A stretch of DNA of 64,000 nucleotides from the NCBI GenBank assembly GCA_013239625.1, contig MU053376.1:2693078-2757077 (forward strand), in the 5' to 3' direction. Positions 1-13,331 of the stretch are shown one piece after another. Both the position numbers and the translations under genes were made by a program. The notes below the pieces were generated by a model. That model searched no databases, was not told the origin of the DNA, and saw only the letters and a program-made list of their open reading frames with translations. Positions within the stretch are counted from its first letter, which is position 1. The number at the start of each line of letters is the position of its first letter. Origin of the DNA: Lama guanicoe (Eukaryota).

Positions 1-250
1 TATCAAATGACAAAAGGCCTTGAGGGGAGGCCCAAAAGACTGGATTTTATCTGGTGGAAATGGGAAGTAATTGTTGATCATTTGAGAGCTTAATCTGGAC
101 ATAATATGGGTAATCACTTGCCAGGAGCAGAGGAGGTGGGAAGAAAAGCTAAGGGCTGATTGTGAAAGTCTGGTAAGGGTTTCCCAGCAGACTGGGGTTA
201 GTGAAAGTGGAAAGAAAGGGCTGGATTTTGGATGGGAAGAACTAAGACTT
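1..250 (-). mobile_element. L2 LINE fragment
   Basis: Purine-rich degenerate sequence resembling antisense L2 (ggattttatctg...aaatgggaag); boundaries approximate. Confidence 0.45.
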
Positions 251-2349
251 ATGAAAAAAAAAATGTTGGCTTTTGTCTTCTCTACCAAGGAGAAAAATTT
301 TCAAACTAGAAAGGATGGAACAGATATGATTAAAATGTAATTAAACTGCAAGTAGTTCAAGTAGAATACCTTCAAATCACTGGACTCAAATAAATTACAA
401 CCCGGAACAAATACTAAGCAATTATGATTTTGAATCAGCTGATAGGATTTCTTTTAAAACGAAAGAAAAGATTTCTAGAATTAATAGTAATATATGCTCA
501 TATAGGAAATAAATTGAAATAGAAAGAAGAAAAAAATCAGTAAGCTTACCCTACAGATAAAATTTTAGTTAACATTTTGGTTTATTTTTTTCAGTCTCCT
601 TTTTATTTTATTTTATTTTTCAGTCTCTTTTATATATAACTTTGTTTCCATGTTGACACCTAGTCAAGTTGATGATCATATTATGTATAGAATTTATAAT
701 TTTCATCTTGTTTGAAAAACATTTTAATAAAACATTTCATATTTTGTTACAAATTTATTTGTATGTATACTTCTTAATAATTATACAACATTCAGGAATG
801 TAGGTGTATGTACTAAAAGTTAGTTAACCAAATATAGTTGGATATTTAAGTACTTTCTAATTTTTTTTTAATGTAATTGTGATAACTTTTTGCTTAAAGT
901 CTTTTTGCTGAATTGTGAAAAACCTTAGGCTATTTTTCCAGATAAAAATCTTTAGGAAAAAACGAGAGAGTATGAAATTAGAAATCAGTTTAAACATAAT
1001 TTCTATTTTGGTGGGGAGGAAACAGTTAAACTGCAAATCTTAGTGAGACAACAAAATGACTGTTTATTTTAACCACGTTGCTGCCCCTGAAGGAAGGTCA
1101 ACTGATAATGACACATGGGAAAAAGTCTTAGCAGAGGAAACATCCAAGGAGGCACAACGGCTTGACAATTAACAGCAGAAGTGCACTCTAGCTATATCTC
1201 TACTTGTGTGTTTTTATAGAGCATTTTACATTTATTTACATGCATTTACATTTAAGTTAACTGGGAAAATGAACACAGTATATTCTTAAGTATAGGTATA
1301 ATTATTCTTTTAATTCATCAGGTTGTGGTTTAAAATCCTGAATTCATAGAAACAGTAGGTTGTGGAAAAAATATCTGAGTCAGTTAGTACCCACCGACAC
1401 AGTGAAAACTACGGTGCTTGGGGTGAGCAGACCAAATACACAGCACCCCTTAAAAACGCGGCGCCTGGAGGGGCCGTTGTTTCATCCTGCGGTACCTTAC
1501 GTTGTGAGGTGTTAGAGGTGTGATGCACTAAGCACAAAACCTGCCCTCAGATGATTGAGTTCAAGTCTTGCCCTGACCATTACCAACTGTATGACTCTGG
1601 ACTAGTTAGGTAATCCTTGAAATCCACTTAGAGGATGATCATAACACCTACTTCATGAGATGGATGGAGGACTAATGAGATATCAGTGAAAAACACCCCA
1701 GAGGCAAGAAGATCCTCCCTGCACCTAAATTGTTGCTGTCATCACATCACCTCCACGTTATTCTGGCACAAGATTTAGTGGGGAATCACTGAACATGGGA
1801 GCCTAAAACCCTCCTCACTAGCCCTAGAACACATTACCAGCTCCTGAGATGGAGAAGTGAGAACAAACTGGGATCAAAACTGTGTGAATGTTGGAATCTC
1901 CTTGATTGTCATTCGATGGGAGGTCACACTGGAAGTTCCCACGGATGTTCTGGTAATGGTGAGCCCTCTGATTTGACCCTGTGCCTCTCAGAATATAGTG
2001 AACAACCTGGGTTATCCTATCCAAATCAAAAGATTGATCCAGCCTGCTTATAAATGTTTTTGTCATGTTGTCAACTTTCTTATATGTATAGTAACTCAGT
2101 CAGCAAAGCCCAGTACTGTTGTTCCTTACAGGCTAAGGTGATTTCACAAGCAAAGTTAACACCACTTCATTAAAGCCAGTCTTCTAACTTAAGGAGGAAA
2201 AAAGGGAATGGGTATATTTGATTGTGCTATCCTTGATGTTATAACTTACTTGGTTCTTTGTTGCTCAAGTCCACCAACTCCAGAACTGAAAACTTTGATC
2301 TCATTTTATGGTTTTTAATCACCTTTATCGAGGTGCCACTTAACATTAC

Positions 2350-3260
2350 CCAAATGGAAACATTTAAAGTATTCAGTTTGATGAGTGCTGACCAATGCAT
2401 ACACATGTAACCACCCCCCACCCCCAGTCGATACATAGAGGATTTCCGTTGCTCTCATAAGTTCCTTCTTGCCCTTTTGTAATCAGACCATTTCCAGTGC
2501 TCATTGTAGGAAGCCACTAAGTTGACTTCTATCACTGTAAACTGGTTTTGTATGTTCTAGAACATCACATAAATAGAATCATAGAGTATGTACTCTTATG
2601 TGTCTAGCTTCTCTTGCTCAGCAAGGTTTTGCATTTCACTCATATTGGTGTTTGTATCACTAAAACGTTCCTTACCAGTACTGAGTAGCCATCCAGAAGT
2701 TCCAACATATGGAAGCACTGTACTTCGTTTACCCAACCATAGAGTATGTACTCTTACGTGTCTAGCTTCTCTTGCTTAGCAAGGTTTTGCATTTCACTCA
2801 TAGCCATCCAGAAGTTCCAACATATGGAAGCACTGTACTTCGTTTACCCATTCAGCTGTTGATGGACATTTGAACTCTTTCCAGTTGTGGCTATTATGAG
2901 TAAAGCTGCTGTGAACAGCTGCGTGCAAGTCATTTGCAAATATGTTTTTATTTCCCCTGGGTCAATACTTAGAAATGGAATTGTTGGGTCATAACGTATC
3001 TGTTACGCTTTATAAGATGTAACCAAAGTGTTTCCCAAAGCAGCTATGATATTTTACATTCTCACTAGCAAGGTATGAGAATTCCAAGTGTTCTATATCC
3101 TCACTGATGCCTGGATTTTTAAGGTCTTTTTAAACTTTAGTCACTCCAGTGGGTGCTTAGTAGTATTTTATTGTTTTTGATTTTCATTTCCCTGATGAAT
3201 AATGATGTCGAATTATTTTTTCCCCCTGTGCTTGCTTTGGCCATTCAATATCTTTTTTTT
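2350..3260 (-). mobile_element. Old L1 (L1MB/L1ME-type) 3' end
   Basis: Diagnostic antisense L1 3' motifs: aaatagaatcata, gatggacattt, gctattatgagtaaagctgctgtgaaca, aaatggaattgttgggtcata. Confidence 0.8.
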
Positions 3261-4724
3261 TTTTTTGTAAAATGTCTTCAAGGAATGGAAGCAATATATG
3301 GGGAGATGCCTAGGTCTGGATGGATAATGGTACCATTCTTTGAGATAAAACAGGTTTGAAGTAGAGAGAAAGGTGATTAAATATAAAAATGAGCTCACTT
3401 CCATATACGTCTCAAATAAACTCAAAATCATCTTAAATAGGTCTTATATCCTGGAAAATTCTTTCCAATCGGATATAGCAGTGAGGGAAGATTGACCTAA
3501 ACTATGAATTATGAGAGAGAAATGGCCAAAGGTTGAAAGAATGTTTTCAGCCCTCATCTTAATAATTATTAAACAAGTATTTATCAAACAAGCCAATAAA
3601 TTCCAGGCTCATCAAGAAGATAGACTGGTAAATACAGTTTAACAGCCATTTATTCAGTGCCTACTCTGCGCATGGAATTGCACTAGGGATAAAAAGATAC
3701 AAAGATAAATTAGACCTTATATTTGCCCTCACTGAGTTCAACCCTCCCTGCACTTAGACTTGCCCTTCAACCAGCCCAGATGTGGCAGAATGAACTAAGA
3801 ATGTACCAGAGAGGAGAGGCCAAGTGCTTTGAAACACAAGGATTGGTGTGAAGGAGGAGGAAAGAAAGGCTATCACAGGCATCTTAGAGGAGGTGGTAAC
3901 AGATGGAGACCTTGAGAAAAGAGCGGCATTTTCCACAGCAATTACAGTTTTTGCTTGTTTGCGATAAATTGCCTTCTTTACAGCAGACTTTTTAGCTTTA
4001 CATGAGAAAGTGCAGTTTATCCCAGGGAAATGCTCCTCACAGAGGTCATTGGCTTTAATTTGACAACAAAAACAAGAGCTGTAGGAAAATATTTACCCAC
4101 AGGTGAATCCTGAGAAATATCAAGGAACAGTTAACTTCATGTCCCAACAAATATAAAGTAGCCTATGTAGCGAAAAGAGCCTAATTTTAAAGCTAGTTAG
4201 ACTTGGGTTCAAACCTTGGCTTTGCCATCTGTATCCTTTAGTCCTATCATTTTCTCTTCTGAAACTGTGTTTTATCACGTAATACTAATGTACCCATGGC
4301 ATTGCTGTGATGGTTAAGCAGCGAGGTTAAACCTCAGACTAAGAGTAGCACATTCTATGTGATCCTTAAATGCAAATTTCTTCCTTCTCCCCTCACCCTT
4401 GTGCAATTCTAATGAGCTCAGATTGCAATTCTGCTTTTTAATTCGCAAGATCATAAATCAAGGCAAACAAAATGCAGATGGGACTACAGGGGAGTTAGAG
4501 AAAGAAGGACAATGTTTAAACAAGTCTGAATTTTTGTAAATGACTAATGTTTTCCAAAGAACAAATTCATCTGGGTGGGGACAGAATAAGGAGAGTAACT
4601 GAATGATCTCAACACTATTAGAATCTCCTTTGGAAATTTTAAATTTTATATTTCTTTTATAGATTTTTAAATTTTTAAATTATTTTTATTTTTTCATGAT
4701 GTGAAGTCTTTTTAATTTACATTT

Positions 4725-4757
4725 AAATTAAATTAAATTAAATTAAATTAAATTTAA
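4725..4757. repeat. (ATTAA)n pentanucleotide microsatellite next to a short L1 3' fragment (~4770-4905)
   Basis: attaaattaaattaaattaaattaaa read directly. Confidence 0.85.
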
Positions 4758-5044
4758 ATTTTCTTAAACAACTTTATTGCAGTATAATTTCTGTACAATA
4801 AACTATACATATTTCAGATACATAGTTTGATGAATTTTGATAGATGTATACGCCAATGAATCCATTACCACAGTCAAGATAGCTAACATTTCCATCACTC
4901 CCCAAGAGGTACAAATTATAGATTTTTTTAGATTCTATGCCATCACATACTCTTTTTATAGATTGCATGAAAAGTGGGCAAGTCCTGGTATATGAAGTGT
5001 TCATTCCTGTCTGCCTTCATTCCTGTCTGTCATCACCATCTATA

Positions 5045-5265
5045 GTTCTAATATTTACTGAGTATTTACTGTGGGCCAAGCAATGTATCAAATACTTTAC
5101 GTACGTCATCTCATTTATCCTTCACAAAAGCCCTATGAAGTAGGCAACATTACCAAACCTGAGTTATAAATAAGGGATCTGTGGCACAAAGTGGTTGGGT
5201 ACCAGGCCACACACACAGTAAGGGAGCTACAGAGTCAGTATTTGAGACTAAGTCAGTATGACTCC
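5045..5265 (-). mobile_element. MIR SINE
   Basis: atatttactgagtatttactgtg...atctcatttatccttcacaaaagccctatgaagtagg matches the antisense MIR core. Confidence 0.7.
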
Positions 5266-5304
5266 CAAACCGGCCTACTTGGTCTTTGTGCTATGTTGTC
5301 TCCC

Positions 5305-5472
5305 ATCACACACTCACATCCACACACATGGATACACATCCACATATACTCACACACATATACACATACCCCGACATATACTCAGACACCCAGCCACATA
5401 CACATTACTACACATACCCACACTCACTCGCATACAGATACATTCAAACACATGCATGCACGTGCGTGTGCA
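5305..5472. repeat. Degenerate (CA)n/(TACA)n low-complexity tract
   Basis: Read directly; explains the His/Thr-rich ORFs in all three frames. Confidence 0.9.
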
Positions 5473-6173
5473 CCCCAAAGTTTGCCGCCTCCTCCACTGT
5501 ACCACCTCCACTTTGGCAAAAATTCACTGCTGTCTCAGAAAACCATGGCTTGGCAAAGAAACATCCGCTTATGCGAGTCAAGCATCACACTTCCATCACA
5601 CTTCCATCTGGCTGCCGAGCCTTTCCTCACACACACAGGGAAGCCAGAGGCAGGGCAGGATGCCATCGTGCAGATGAAAACGTCACAAGGCATGAGGCCA
5701 GTTTTCTGGGTCCTGTTCAACCTCTACCCAGTGGGAAAAAAAATAATGTGATATTGCACACTGCTACCCTGATTAGCAAATTCCTGGAGAATAAACTTCC
5801 CTTATAAGAAATAGGAGTCTGTGTCCTTGTTTTCATTCATTTTTAAAACACATACTTTACTGATCTGCGAAGCACAGCTGCCCTTGATTGCAGCTGCCTG
5901 ACAACATACCTCAAAAAAAGTGTTTTTCCTTGGCCATTTTACGATTAATTGGGGATAATTTGAGGCTGAATTATGAATGCAAATGTGAAATAGACTGGTT
6001 TCTTAGAACTGAGGAACTGACAGACACGTGGGGTACTTTGGTAGCGTAGAGGAAGGTACTGGGTCTGATGTTGGAAGCAGGATGCCTTCCAGGAGGAAGT
6101 GATGGCTGAGCACTGTAACATAGGGGTTAAGATCCCAAGCCCCAGCTCCATCCCTCACAAACCGAGTAACGGG

Positions 6174-6203
6174 GTGTGTGTGTGTGGTGTGTGTGTGTGT
6201 GTG
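6174..6203. repeat. (TG)n microsatellite
   Basis: Interrupted gtgtgt tract. Confidence 0.9.
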
Positions 6204-6619
6204 GTTACTTTACTTCCTTAAACACTGACTCACTTATCTCACTGACAACTAGGGTGATGTTTGGTTCACAGTTTTGTGTACCTAGGCTCTAGGAAATTGC
6301 ATTATTCTCTTCTTTTTCCAGTGCTCTCTCCTTCCCCTTTATTATTTGCACTTGAGTGTGTGTGTGGGGGGGTAGGGGGTGGAGTGGGAGGCAAGGCTCA
6401 CTCCTTGGGCCTCTCTGAGTTTCTGTTGACACTCTCTCCCTTGGTTGCCTTGCCTTCAGCCATGTCTCACTCACACTCCGGCTCCATCTTTCCTACACTT
6501 TCATCTCATGCTGTCCATCTCCATGTAGACACGTTGCCAAGGCATTTTTAAATTCCACAAGTGTGCAGCCAAATTTGTTATTTCTTCCCTAAATTGCCTC
6601 TTGACTTTGGAATAGATAA

Positions 6620-6966
6620 TGTTTTTTTTGGGGAAAAAATATTTTTTAATTGAAGTATAGTCAGTTACAGTGTGTCAATTTCTGTGTACAGCATAATGTC
6701 CCAATCATACATACATATACATATATTCATTTTCATATTCTTTTCCATTAAAGGTACTACACAATATTGAATGTAGTTCCCTGTGCTATACAGAAGAAAT
6801 TTGTTTTTTAATCTATTTTTTATATATAGTAGTTAATATTTGTAAATCTCAAGCTCCAAAATTTAATCCCTTCCCACCCCCTTTACCCCATTAACCATAA
6901 AATTGTTTACTGTGTCTGCCAGTCTGTTTCTGTTTTGTAGATGAGTACATTAGTGTCTTCTTTTTC
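6620..6966 (-). mobile_element. 5'-truncated artiodactyl/camelid-type L1 3' end
   Basis: T-rich tail then ttgaagtatagtcagttaca...gtagttccctgtgctatacag; degenerate TSD gaa(t/c)agat(a/c)at on both sides. Confidence 0.75.
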
Positions 6967-7198
6967 AGAACAGATCATTCTTTCAAATAGGGCCCCCAGT
7001 CTCACAGGCACCAAACCTCTGACTCAGCTTTAACGCTTTTTTCCTTTTCCTTATCTATCAGTCACCAAATTCTATGAGTTCTTCCTTTGAAACTTGCCTG
7101 GTCAGAATGAACATAGAAACTCACAAGGCTTTAGTCGTTGTGGCAGGGGTTTCTTAGAGTAACAAGATTGCTTCCTAAATATAGATTTATTAATTTTA

Positions 7199-7338
7199 TT
7201 AAAAAATTTTTTTTGGGGGGGTGAGGAGGTAATTAGGTTTGTTTGTTTATTTATTTATTTATTTAATGGAAGTACTGGGACCCAGGACCTCGTGCATGCT
7301 AAGCACACATTCTACCACTGAGCTATCCCCTCTCCTCT
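7199..7338 (-). mobile_element. Vic-1-like tRNA-derived SINE (camelid)
   Basis: Reverse complement reads gggatagctcagtggtagaatgtgtgcttagcatgcacgaggtcctggg...(TAAA)n; perfect 15-bp TSD gatttattaatttta at 7184-7198 and 7339-7353; B-box partly deleted. Confidence 0.85.
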
Positions 7339-8309
7339 GATTTATTAATTTTAAAACTCAAATTAAAGACATTTCTGCCCTTTAATCTTAAATGACTGGA
7401 CTATTGCATCGTTAGCTAAATCTAGTCTTTGCTCAGTCACTCCCATGGCAACATCTGACACACTCCTCCCAAACTAACCTTGTACTTCCCTGATTAACAA
7501 CTTCAACAATCTTCCAGTCAGTCGTCCAATGCTTCTGCAGATCGTGAAATGCAGAAGCCTGTGTTGAAAGACCTCTCGAGTCTGTTGCCAGACTATCTTC
7601 AGCCTCTTCTTTTATTGCTCCAATTCAGTTACTCCTGCTCTTCCTAAACTCAGCTCCTTACTGTTCTTAGAATCAACTGGGCTTTCACTGACCCCAAACT
7701 TTGCTCATACCATTCTTACCTCTTTTCATATTTTTTCCCTATTGCGTCGATATTCATTTGTCATCTTTGGCCGAATCACTAGGCTGTTAGCCTCCTCCAC
7801 TCCGACTGCCGTGTTCCTTTCTCTTTTCTGAACCCTGCATCACATTGATTCCTAGCATTTATCACGTAAAACCTCCCTCTTAGGCTATAGATTCTTGAAC
7901 ACAAGTATTAGTACTTTCTTAGTGTGCTCGGAGTGTGCTCTGATTTATTCAAAGTCTTTGATGTAGTCATGGGATGGTTCCTGGGACACGGCTGAGCCGT
8001 GTTTCTTAACCTCTGCCAAAATCATAGACCTACTTTCTATATTTTCAAATGTTTTTAAACCTTGTTATATAAACATTTTTGGAATTGGATAGTTCTATAG
8101 GGACTATTCTAGTCTCAAGTTCTCTCTTAATCAGTGAGTGAATGAGACCCTGGGAACACATAGCTGGCTCTTGGTAGATCAAGTATGAAGACTCAGGTCC
8201 AATGTTGACACCAGACTCAACTGAGAGTCTCAAATCACCTTCCCCCAAAATGCCTAATTCAGTATCCTCCACGTAGAAGAAATCTTTGCTGAATGGTTTC
8301 AACAAAAAG

Positions 8310-8510
8310 AATGCAGTGTGGCAGAGCAGGATATATAAGTGCATAAGCTTGGGAACCAGAAATTCTGGTTCCGATCACTTATTAGCTGCACAGATTTGGG
8401 CAAATTGACTACCTTCTCACCTTGTTTCCTCATCTGTAAAATGTGGACAGTTATCTCTATGAAGTTGTGTTGGAGAAATGGTATATCATATATATGAAGT
8501 GACTAGAATG
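8310..8510 (+). mobile_element. MIR SINE
   Basis: cacttattagctg...ttgggcaaattgact...gtttcctcatctgtaaaatg core. Confidence 0.75.
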
Positions 8511-9715
8511 CAACAAATTGAGGCCATTATTTAAAATAGTCTTCAGTAAATTACAAATTCACTTACTTCTTGTTGATAATGCATAATTGTTTTTTTTTAA
8601 TCATAGATCCTTTTTCTAAGTTGAGTAAATTGTTACCAGATTTCTTTTTCCCCTTTTTCTTCCTTTTTTCAACATTCTGAGGAGAATGTTGAAATGCTGA
8701 GAGAAGTATTACTAACATCTCACTAAAGAGTCCATCCAGTTATTTCTCATAAAAGTTCCTTGAAAAATGTACTATGAACTAAGTACTAAATGCTTAGGGA
8801 ATTAGTGTAGCTAATTATAATATTTTCTGGCATTTGCAGGACTCATGTTTTTTTCTGGGTAAAAGGTTATTATATTCACTTAATAAACAGTTAGGTCTAA
8901 CAGGGCTCATAGTTAACTCTTCTAACAGCTACATAACTGGCCTTGACCAACTATGTCCCATGATGCCACCTTGCCCTTCATACCAATTCTATGAGTTCAA
9001 GCAGGAATGAAGACTTCCTGCCTCTACTGGTGTGGCAGAAGGGAGTGGTGGTTAAGGTCATGAGAGGCTCTTTGGAAGAATACATGGAGATCTGGTTTTA
9101 CTTCTAAAACACTGCTGGGCCCTGATATACTTGGTGATTTTATGTCAAATATGGGAGTAAAAATAAGATATTTTAATATCAAAGATGAGGATCACATGAG
9201 AGGATTTTAAAAGCATCCCCCACGCACCCCCGACTTCTAAACTCTAGATTGTTTGAATACTGATAGGTTTCAGTGAAAGCCTATAGGAGTTCCTTTCCTG
9301 GAATCCGGCGTTGAGGGCACCAGGTTCAGCTCAGTTGACACAAGTCAGAGAAACCACTATTGTCGAAACTGCTGTTTGCCTCCCTATAAAGCTCACAATA
9401 ACCAATAAAGAGTGATCAGAAAGCATTTAGGAAGGAAATCATGATAGGAGGCACGGACCCTACAGACGGTCCGCGGATCAAGGCAGAATCCCAAGTCAGG
9501 AATTTCACTTAGTCTGGTGAAGTGATTGAGGGGATGGGAAACCTAGGCTAGGACTCTGCTAACTGGAGCAGGTGAATTACTCAAGGGAAACATGTTCTTG
9601 GGGTTACTCTCCACGAAAGTGAGAAACTGGCCTTTTCATCAATGTTCTTTTGTGTTTTTAACAGAGGTGGTGCTGAGTTGGCTGGGTCTCTACTCTGGCC
9701 AGCACCACGTAGATC

Positions 9716-9892
9716 TCTGGTTCTCAACCTGGCTGCAAAGCAGAATTACCTGGTGCCTTTTAAACAATCCTGATGTGTGGTCCCATCTCCAGAGATTCTA
9801 ATTTAAGTTGTCTGTAGATGTAGTTTAAACATGTGGATTTTAAAAACACTCCCCGCGTGATCTTAAGGGTGGCCAGCCTCGTAAATCACTGG
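9716..9892. mobile_element. MER5-like hAT-Charlie DNA transposon relic
   Basis: tggttctcaacctggctgca...agaattacctgg...ccagagattctaattta...aaatcactgg with matching terminal motifs. Confidence 0.7.
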
Positions 9893-10559
9893 CATAAACT
9901 TGAGGTTTTCTAAAAAACCTTCCTCTTTAAATCCACCACCCTAGCATTCAGCTTTCCAGCGCTTGGTTTGTTTTCTCATCTTTCTCCCTGTCCACCCCGC
10001 TCACCGCGCGCACCCCCCTCCCCCGCCCCATGCATACTCCGCAGGATGGTGACTTTCTCTCTGTAGTCACACTACAGTAGTTGCCAAGTAGAATTCAAGA
10101 GATGTCCCTGGTAAATAAGAATTCTGGCGAAGAAAGCGATTCTCATGCAAACATGGTACGAACAGTGTTCACCCCCTGCTGTGTTTGTTGCTTGATCTGT
10201 TTTCTTGGATGTTTCCCACTTGCCGTTTTCAGATTAGTGTCCTAGGACGCACACACACTGTGGTCTTTTCCCCCAGTCCTCCTCTTGTTGGCATTTGACA
10301 GACCTCCTAGTTGAACGCACCGCGTCCCTGGGTGGGCACTATTTCTCAGCTCCCGGGAGCAACCTCAAAATTCACCGCACCTACCGCTCAGCTTGCAAAC
10401 ACTCAACACGCTTAATTTCCACTTGAACTAATTCAGGTTCCCAGAAAGCAAAGCCTGCGCCACTTAACCACTCCTCTCCCTCCGTTTCCCCCCATCCCTT
10501 GGTTTACTTAAGAAAGCACATATTTACAAGGCACGTCATTGCAGGCCCCTCCCTAGCAA

Positions 10560-11250
10560 AGACAAAGTTCCAGCGTTCCGCGCCAGAGAGCTTTCTCCCT
10601 CGTTCCCCTGCTGGGGTCCCCGAGGGCCAGTGACGCTAGAGCCCCCACCCTCACCCTGCCCAGCACCTGGTGCACGCAAATCCTTTCTCCACCGGTCTCT
10701 ACTTCGCTGCGTCTTTTGGTGATTCAGAGCCCTGGCCCCGCCCACGGCGCTAATTTAACTCGGAACGCGGATTGCAGAACTACCGCGCGCCGCTGCTTCT
10801 CCCAGCTCCTCGCTCGAGCCCGCCCCGTCCTAACCGCGGAGGCCCCGGAATCCCGGCGCGGGGTCCCTGTCCCTGCGCGTCATGAGTCCCGCCCGGCCGA
10901 GGGCCCCCGCGGAGCTGCGCCTGCTGGGCGGGCTGACCCCTCTGCCGCTGCTGCTGCTGCAGCTGCTGCTGCTGCGTCCCCTGACAGTGCAGGGTGAGTG
11001 GGGCCCGCGGACTCCGCTGGCGGCGTAAATCTTTAGGCGGCGTGGGAGGGGCGTGGCGGTCTTCGCGACGACCGAAAAGCCCGCGGACTTGGGGGGAATG
11101 TGGGCCTGCCTAATGGATCCCGGAATCCTCTGCCCTTAAGGATCAGAGCTCCTGCTGGCACGATCCCTTGGGACGGGAGGAGTCCTTCCGCCGCTAGCCA
11201 GCAATTAGGAAGCTTGCCGTGCCGGACCCAGCTGGCAGGGCTTCAGGCGT
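10560..11250 (+). promoter_or_regulatory. CD55: CpG island / TATA-less CD55 promoter with exon 1
   Basis: Only strongly GC/CpG-rich stretch in an AT-rich window. CRE half-site TGACG 10631-10635, CACCC box ~10642-10650, AP-1-like TGATTCA 10720-10726, GC box CCCCGCCC 10736-10743, all just upstream of the ATG. Confidence 0.85.
10882..10993 (+). CDS. CD55: CD55 exon 1 coding part: signal peptide MSPARPRAPAELRLLGGLTPLPLLLLQLLLLRPLTVQ(G)
   Basis: ATG at 10882, Leu-rich hydrophobic core, phase-1 donor CAGG|gtgagt at 10994. Confidence 0.95.
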
Positions 11251-11740
11251 GGATGGCTGAGGAAACAGACGCCAGGAAGCCAAAATGCAGGGCTCGAATA
11301 GCTTGCATTCTTAGCATCTCTCTAAGGTGGGAGGCCAAACAGTTAACAGCTCTAGCCTCTAAACAGAGTTCAGTCGTGTACAGAGGCAGTGCTCCAAGTT
11401 TGCGCCTCACTTCCAGCTGTAATATTTCAAGGGGGTGTCTGTCTTTACTGTGTGCCGAGTATCACACAAACAAGTGCAACAGCATCTATGTGAAAGTCTA
11501 AACCACTAGAAATATAAAAAATATATTTTTTAAATAACGGAAGGGAGGTGTTTATTTTTGACTATTTTAATCTTAAATTAATTGACAAGAAGCCTGGCAA
11601 GTTCTTGGTATGGCAGTGCAGCATTGGACGGACGTGTTATGAGTGCTTCAAAAGCCTGTTTATCTTATTCGTCTCGGGAAAGCAATGTTGCTATGAATTG
11701 AAAAGTGATATTTCCTTCAGTTCTGATTTTTCCTCCCTAG

Positions 11741-11923
11741 GTGACTGCGGTCTTCCCCCAGATGTACCTAATGCCCATCTAGCTTTGGGAGGTAATACAA
11801 ATTTTCCTGAACAAAGCACAGTAACCTACAAATGTAACGAAGGCTTTGTAAAAGTTCCTGGCAAGCCAGACTCAGCTGTCTGTCTTACCAGTAAATGGTC
11901 AACGGTTGCAGAGTTTTGTAATC
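11741..11923 (+). CDS. CD55: CD55 exon 2: CCP1 (GDCGLPPDVPNA...WSTVAEFCN)
   Basis: Acceptor tcctccctag|, donor AATC|gtaagt; four Cys plus Trp of a sushi domain; seen in ORF 11548..12009. Confidence 0.97.
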
Positions 11924-12574
11924 GTAAGTTCTTCCTTTCTTTTCAGAAAAATTATGGGACTGGAACGTTTCTTAAGTTTAGTTTTAGCCCTCTTTGGAGT
12001 GACTGGTAATTGATAGTTTTCTAGCATTATTAAACCCCAGGGTGTACACCTGTTGGCATTTCACAATCTAGCTAATTGATGGCGATGGCATTACTTTCCG
12101 AAATTGGTCCTGCCTGTTCATTAACAGGTTTTTTTTTACCCCCTCCCTAACACTGTAACTCCTGAACTGATTAACAGAGAAAACAAACAATAGGTACTGT
12201 TTAGGGAGTAAATTATCTGTAACTATGTTTGGCAAATACCTTGAGACACATAACGTAGGTGTTCTTTTTTTTTTTTAATTTCATTTTGTGAAGTAGGACT
12301 TACCAAATAAAATTCTATGGTGCTATTTTAAACAGTTCTCTATTTTTAATCTCCAAATCTATCATTATAGGCATAGCCTAGAATGGACGTATACAAGTAA
12401 AGATAAAGATGAGACTTGATTCCTACCTTTGAACAATTTGGAGCAGTAGAAGCTACAGTAAATATAGAAACTGCCACAAATATTTTTTGAAACCAGGTGT
12501 GAAGTCAGCTTTAACTTTTTGTTTGTATCTATCTGTGACAGGAGGCAGGAGGTTGAAGTACATAAATCTTGCAC

Positions 12575-12795
12575 TTGTATCATGTTTTATAGAGTTTCCA
12601 ACTCTTCTACACATAGTACTTCATCTGACCCTCCAGACAACCCCATGAAGTGAGTTAGGGACTTAACCCACATTTTACAGTACAGGAAGCAGGCCCCCCA
12701 GTTAATAGCTTCCTTGAGATCAGGAGCTCCTTATGCAGGAGAACCAGGGTTGAAACTTGAGTCTTTTGACTATAAATCTAATGCCCCGTGTGCTG
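12575..12795 (-). mobile_element. MIR SINE
   Basis: acaaccccatgaag...cccacattttacag...aggaagcaggccc antisense core. Confidence 0.6.
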
Positions 12796-13331
12796 TACTA
12801 TATACTATAAATTCACATTTGCCTGGATGTTTACAGTTAGTAAATACTTTTATGTACATCATTGGTGCGTCTGATCCTTCTCCCATGGGTTGTTCTGGGG
12901 ATTAAATGAAAGTACTCGATAAATATTAGCCATTAGTGTTAACTGTTGTTGTTGTCCAGGACACTAGCCTAAGGATCTAGAAATGTCCGTTCTCATCTAC
13001 CCCTGTGATTGAGTTAGTGCCAGAACTGTGCCAGACAACTTAAATGGGTTATATTTTCTGAATTGTAGGCAGAGTGACTACTATGTACCAAATCTACTTC
13101 ACAGGCCTCTAGTAATTAGGAAGCGAAAATTTACATGTGAATACGCTTGATACACTGTAAATGCTATAGTAATATTAATATAGTTAAATACTGAACATGT
13201 ACAAAGAAATACAGAAAAAAGAGTGATGTAAGGACCAGATAATTAAACATAGGTTATAAAAGAAAGTGGGTTTTTTTTGTTGTTACTTTTATTAATTTTG
13301 TTGTTGTTGTTGTTGTTGTTAATACTTTTAG

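Noticed and set aside
1824..2066. 80-aa minus-strand ORF
   Set aside because: No recognisable domain; the region may be a faint CR1/L3 relic but is too degenerate to call.
5191..5807. Three overlapping ORFs of 139-186 aa rich in His/Thr
   Set aside because: Produced by a degenerate CA/TACA tract that lacks stop codons; no domain or splice structure.
10716..10997. 93-aa ORF with poly-Ala
   Set aside because: Out-of-frame reading of the GC-rich CD55 exon 1; the CTG/Leu frame from ATG 10882 is the real one.
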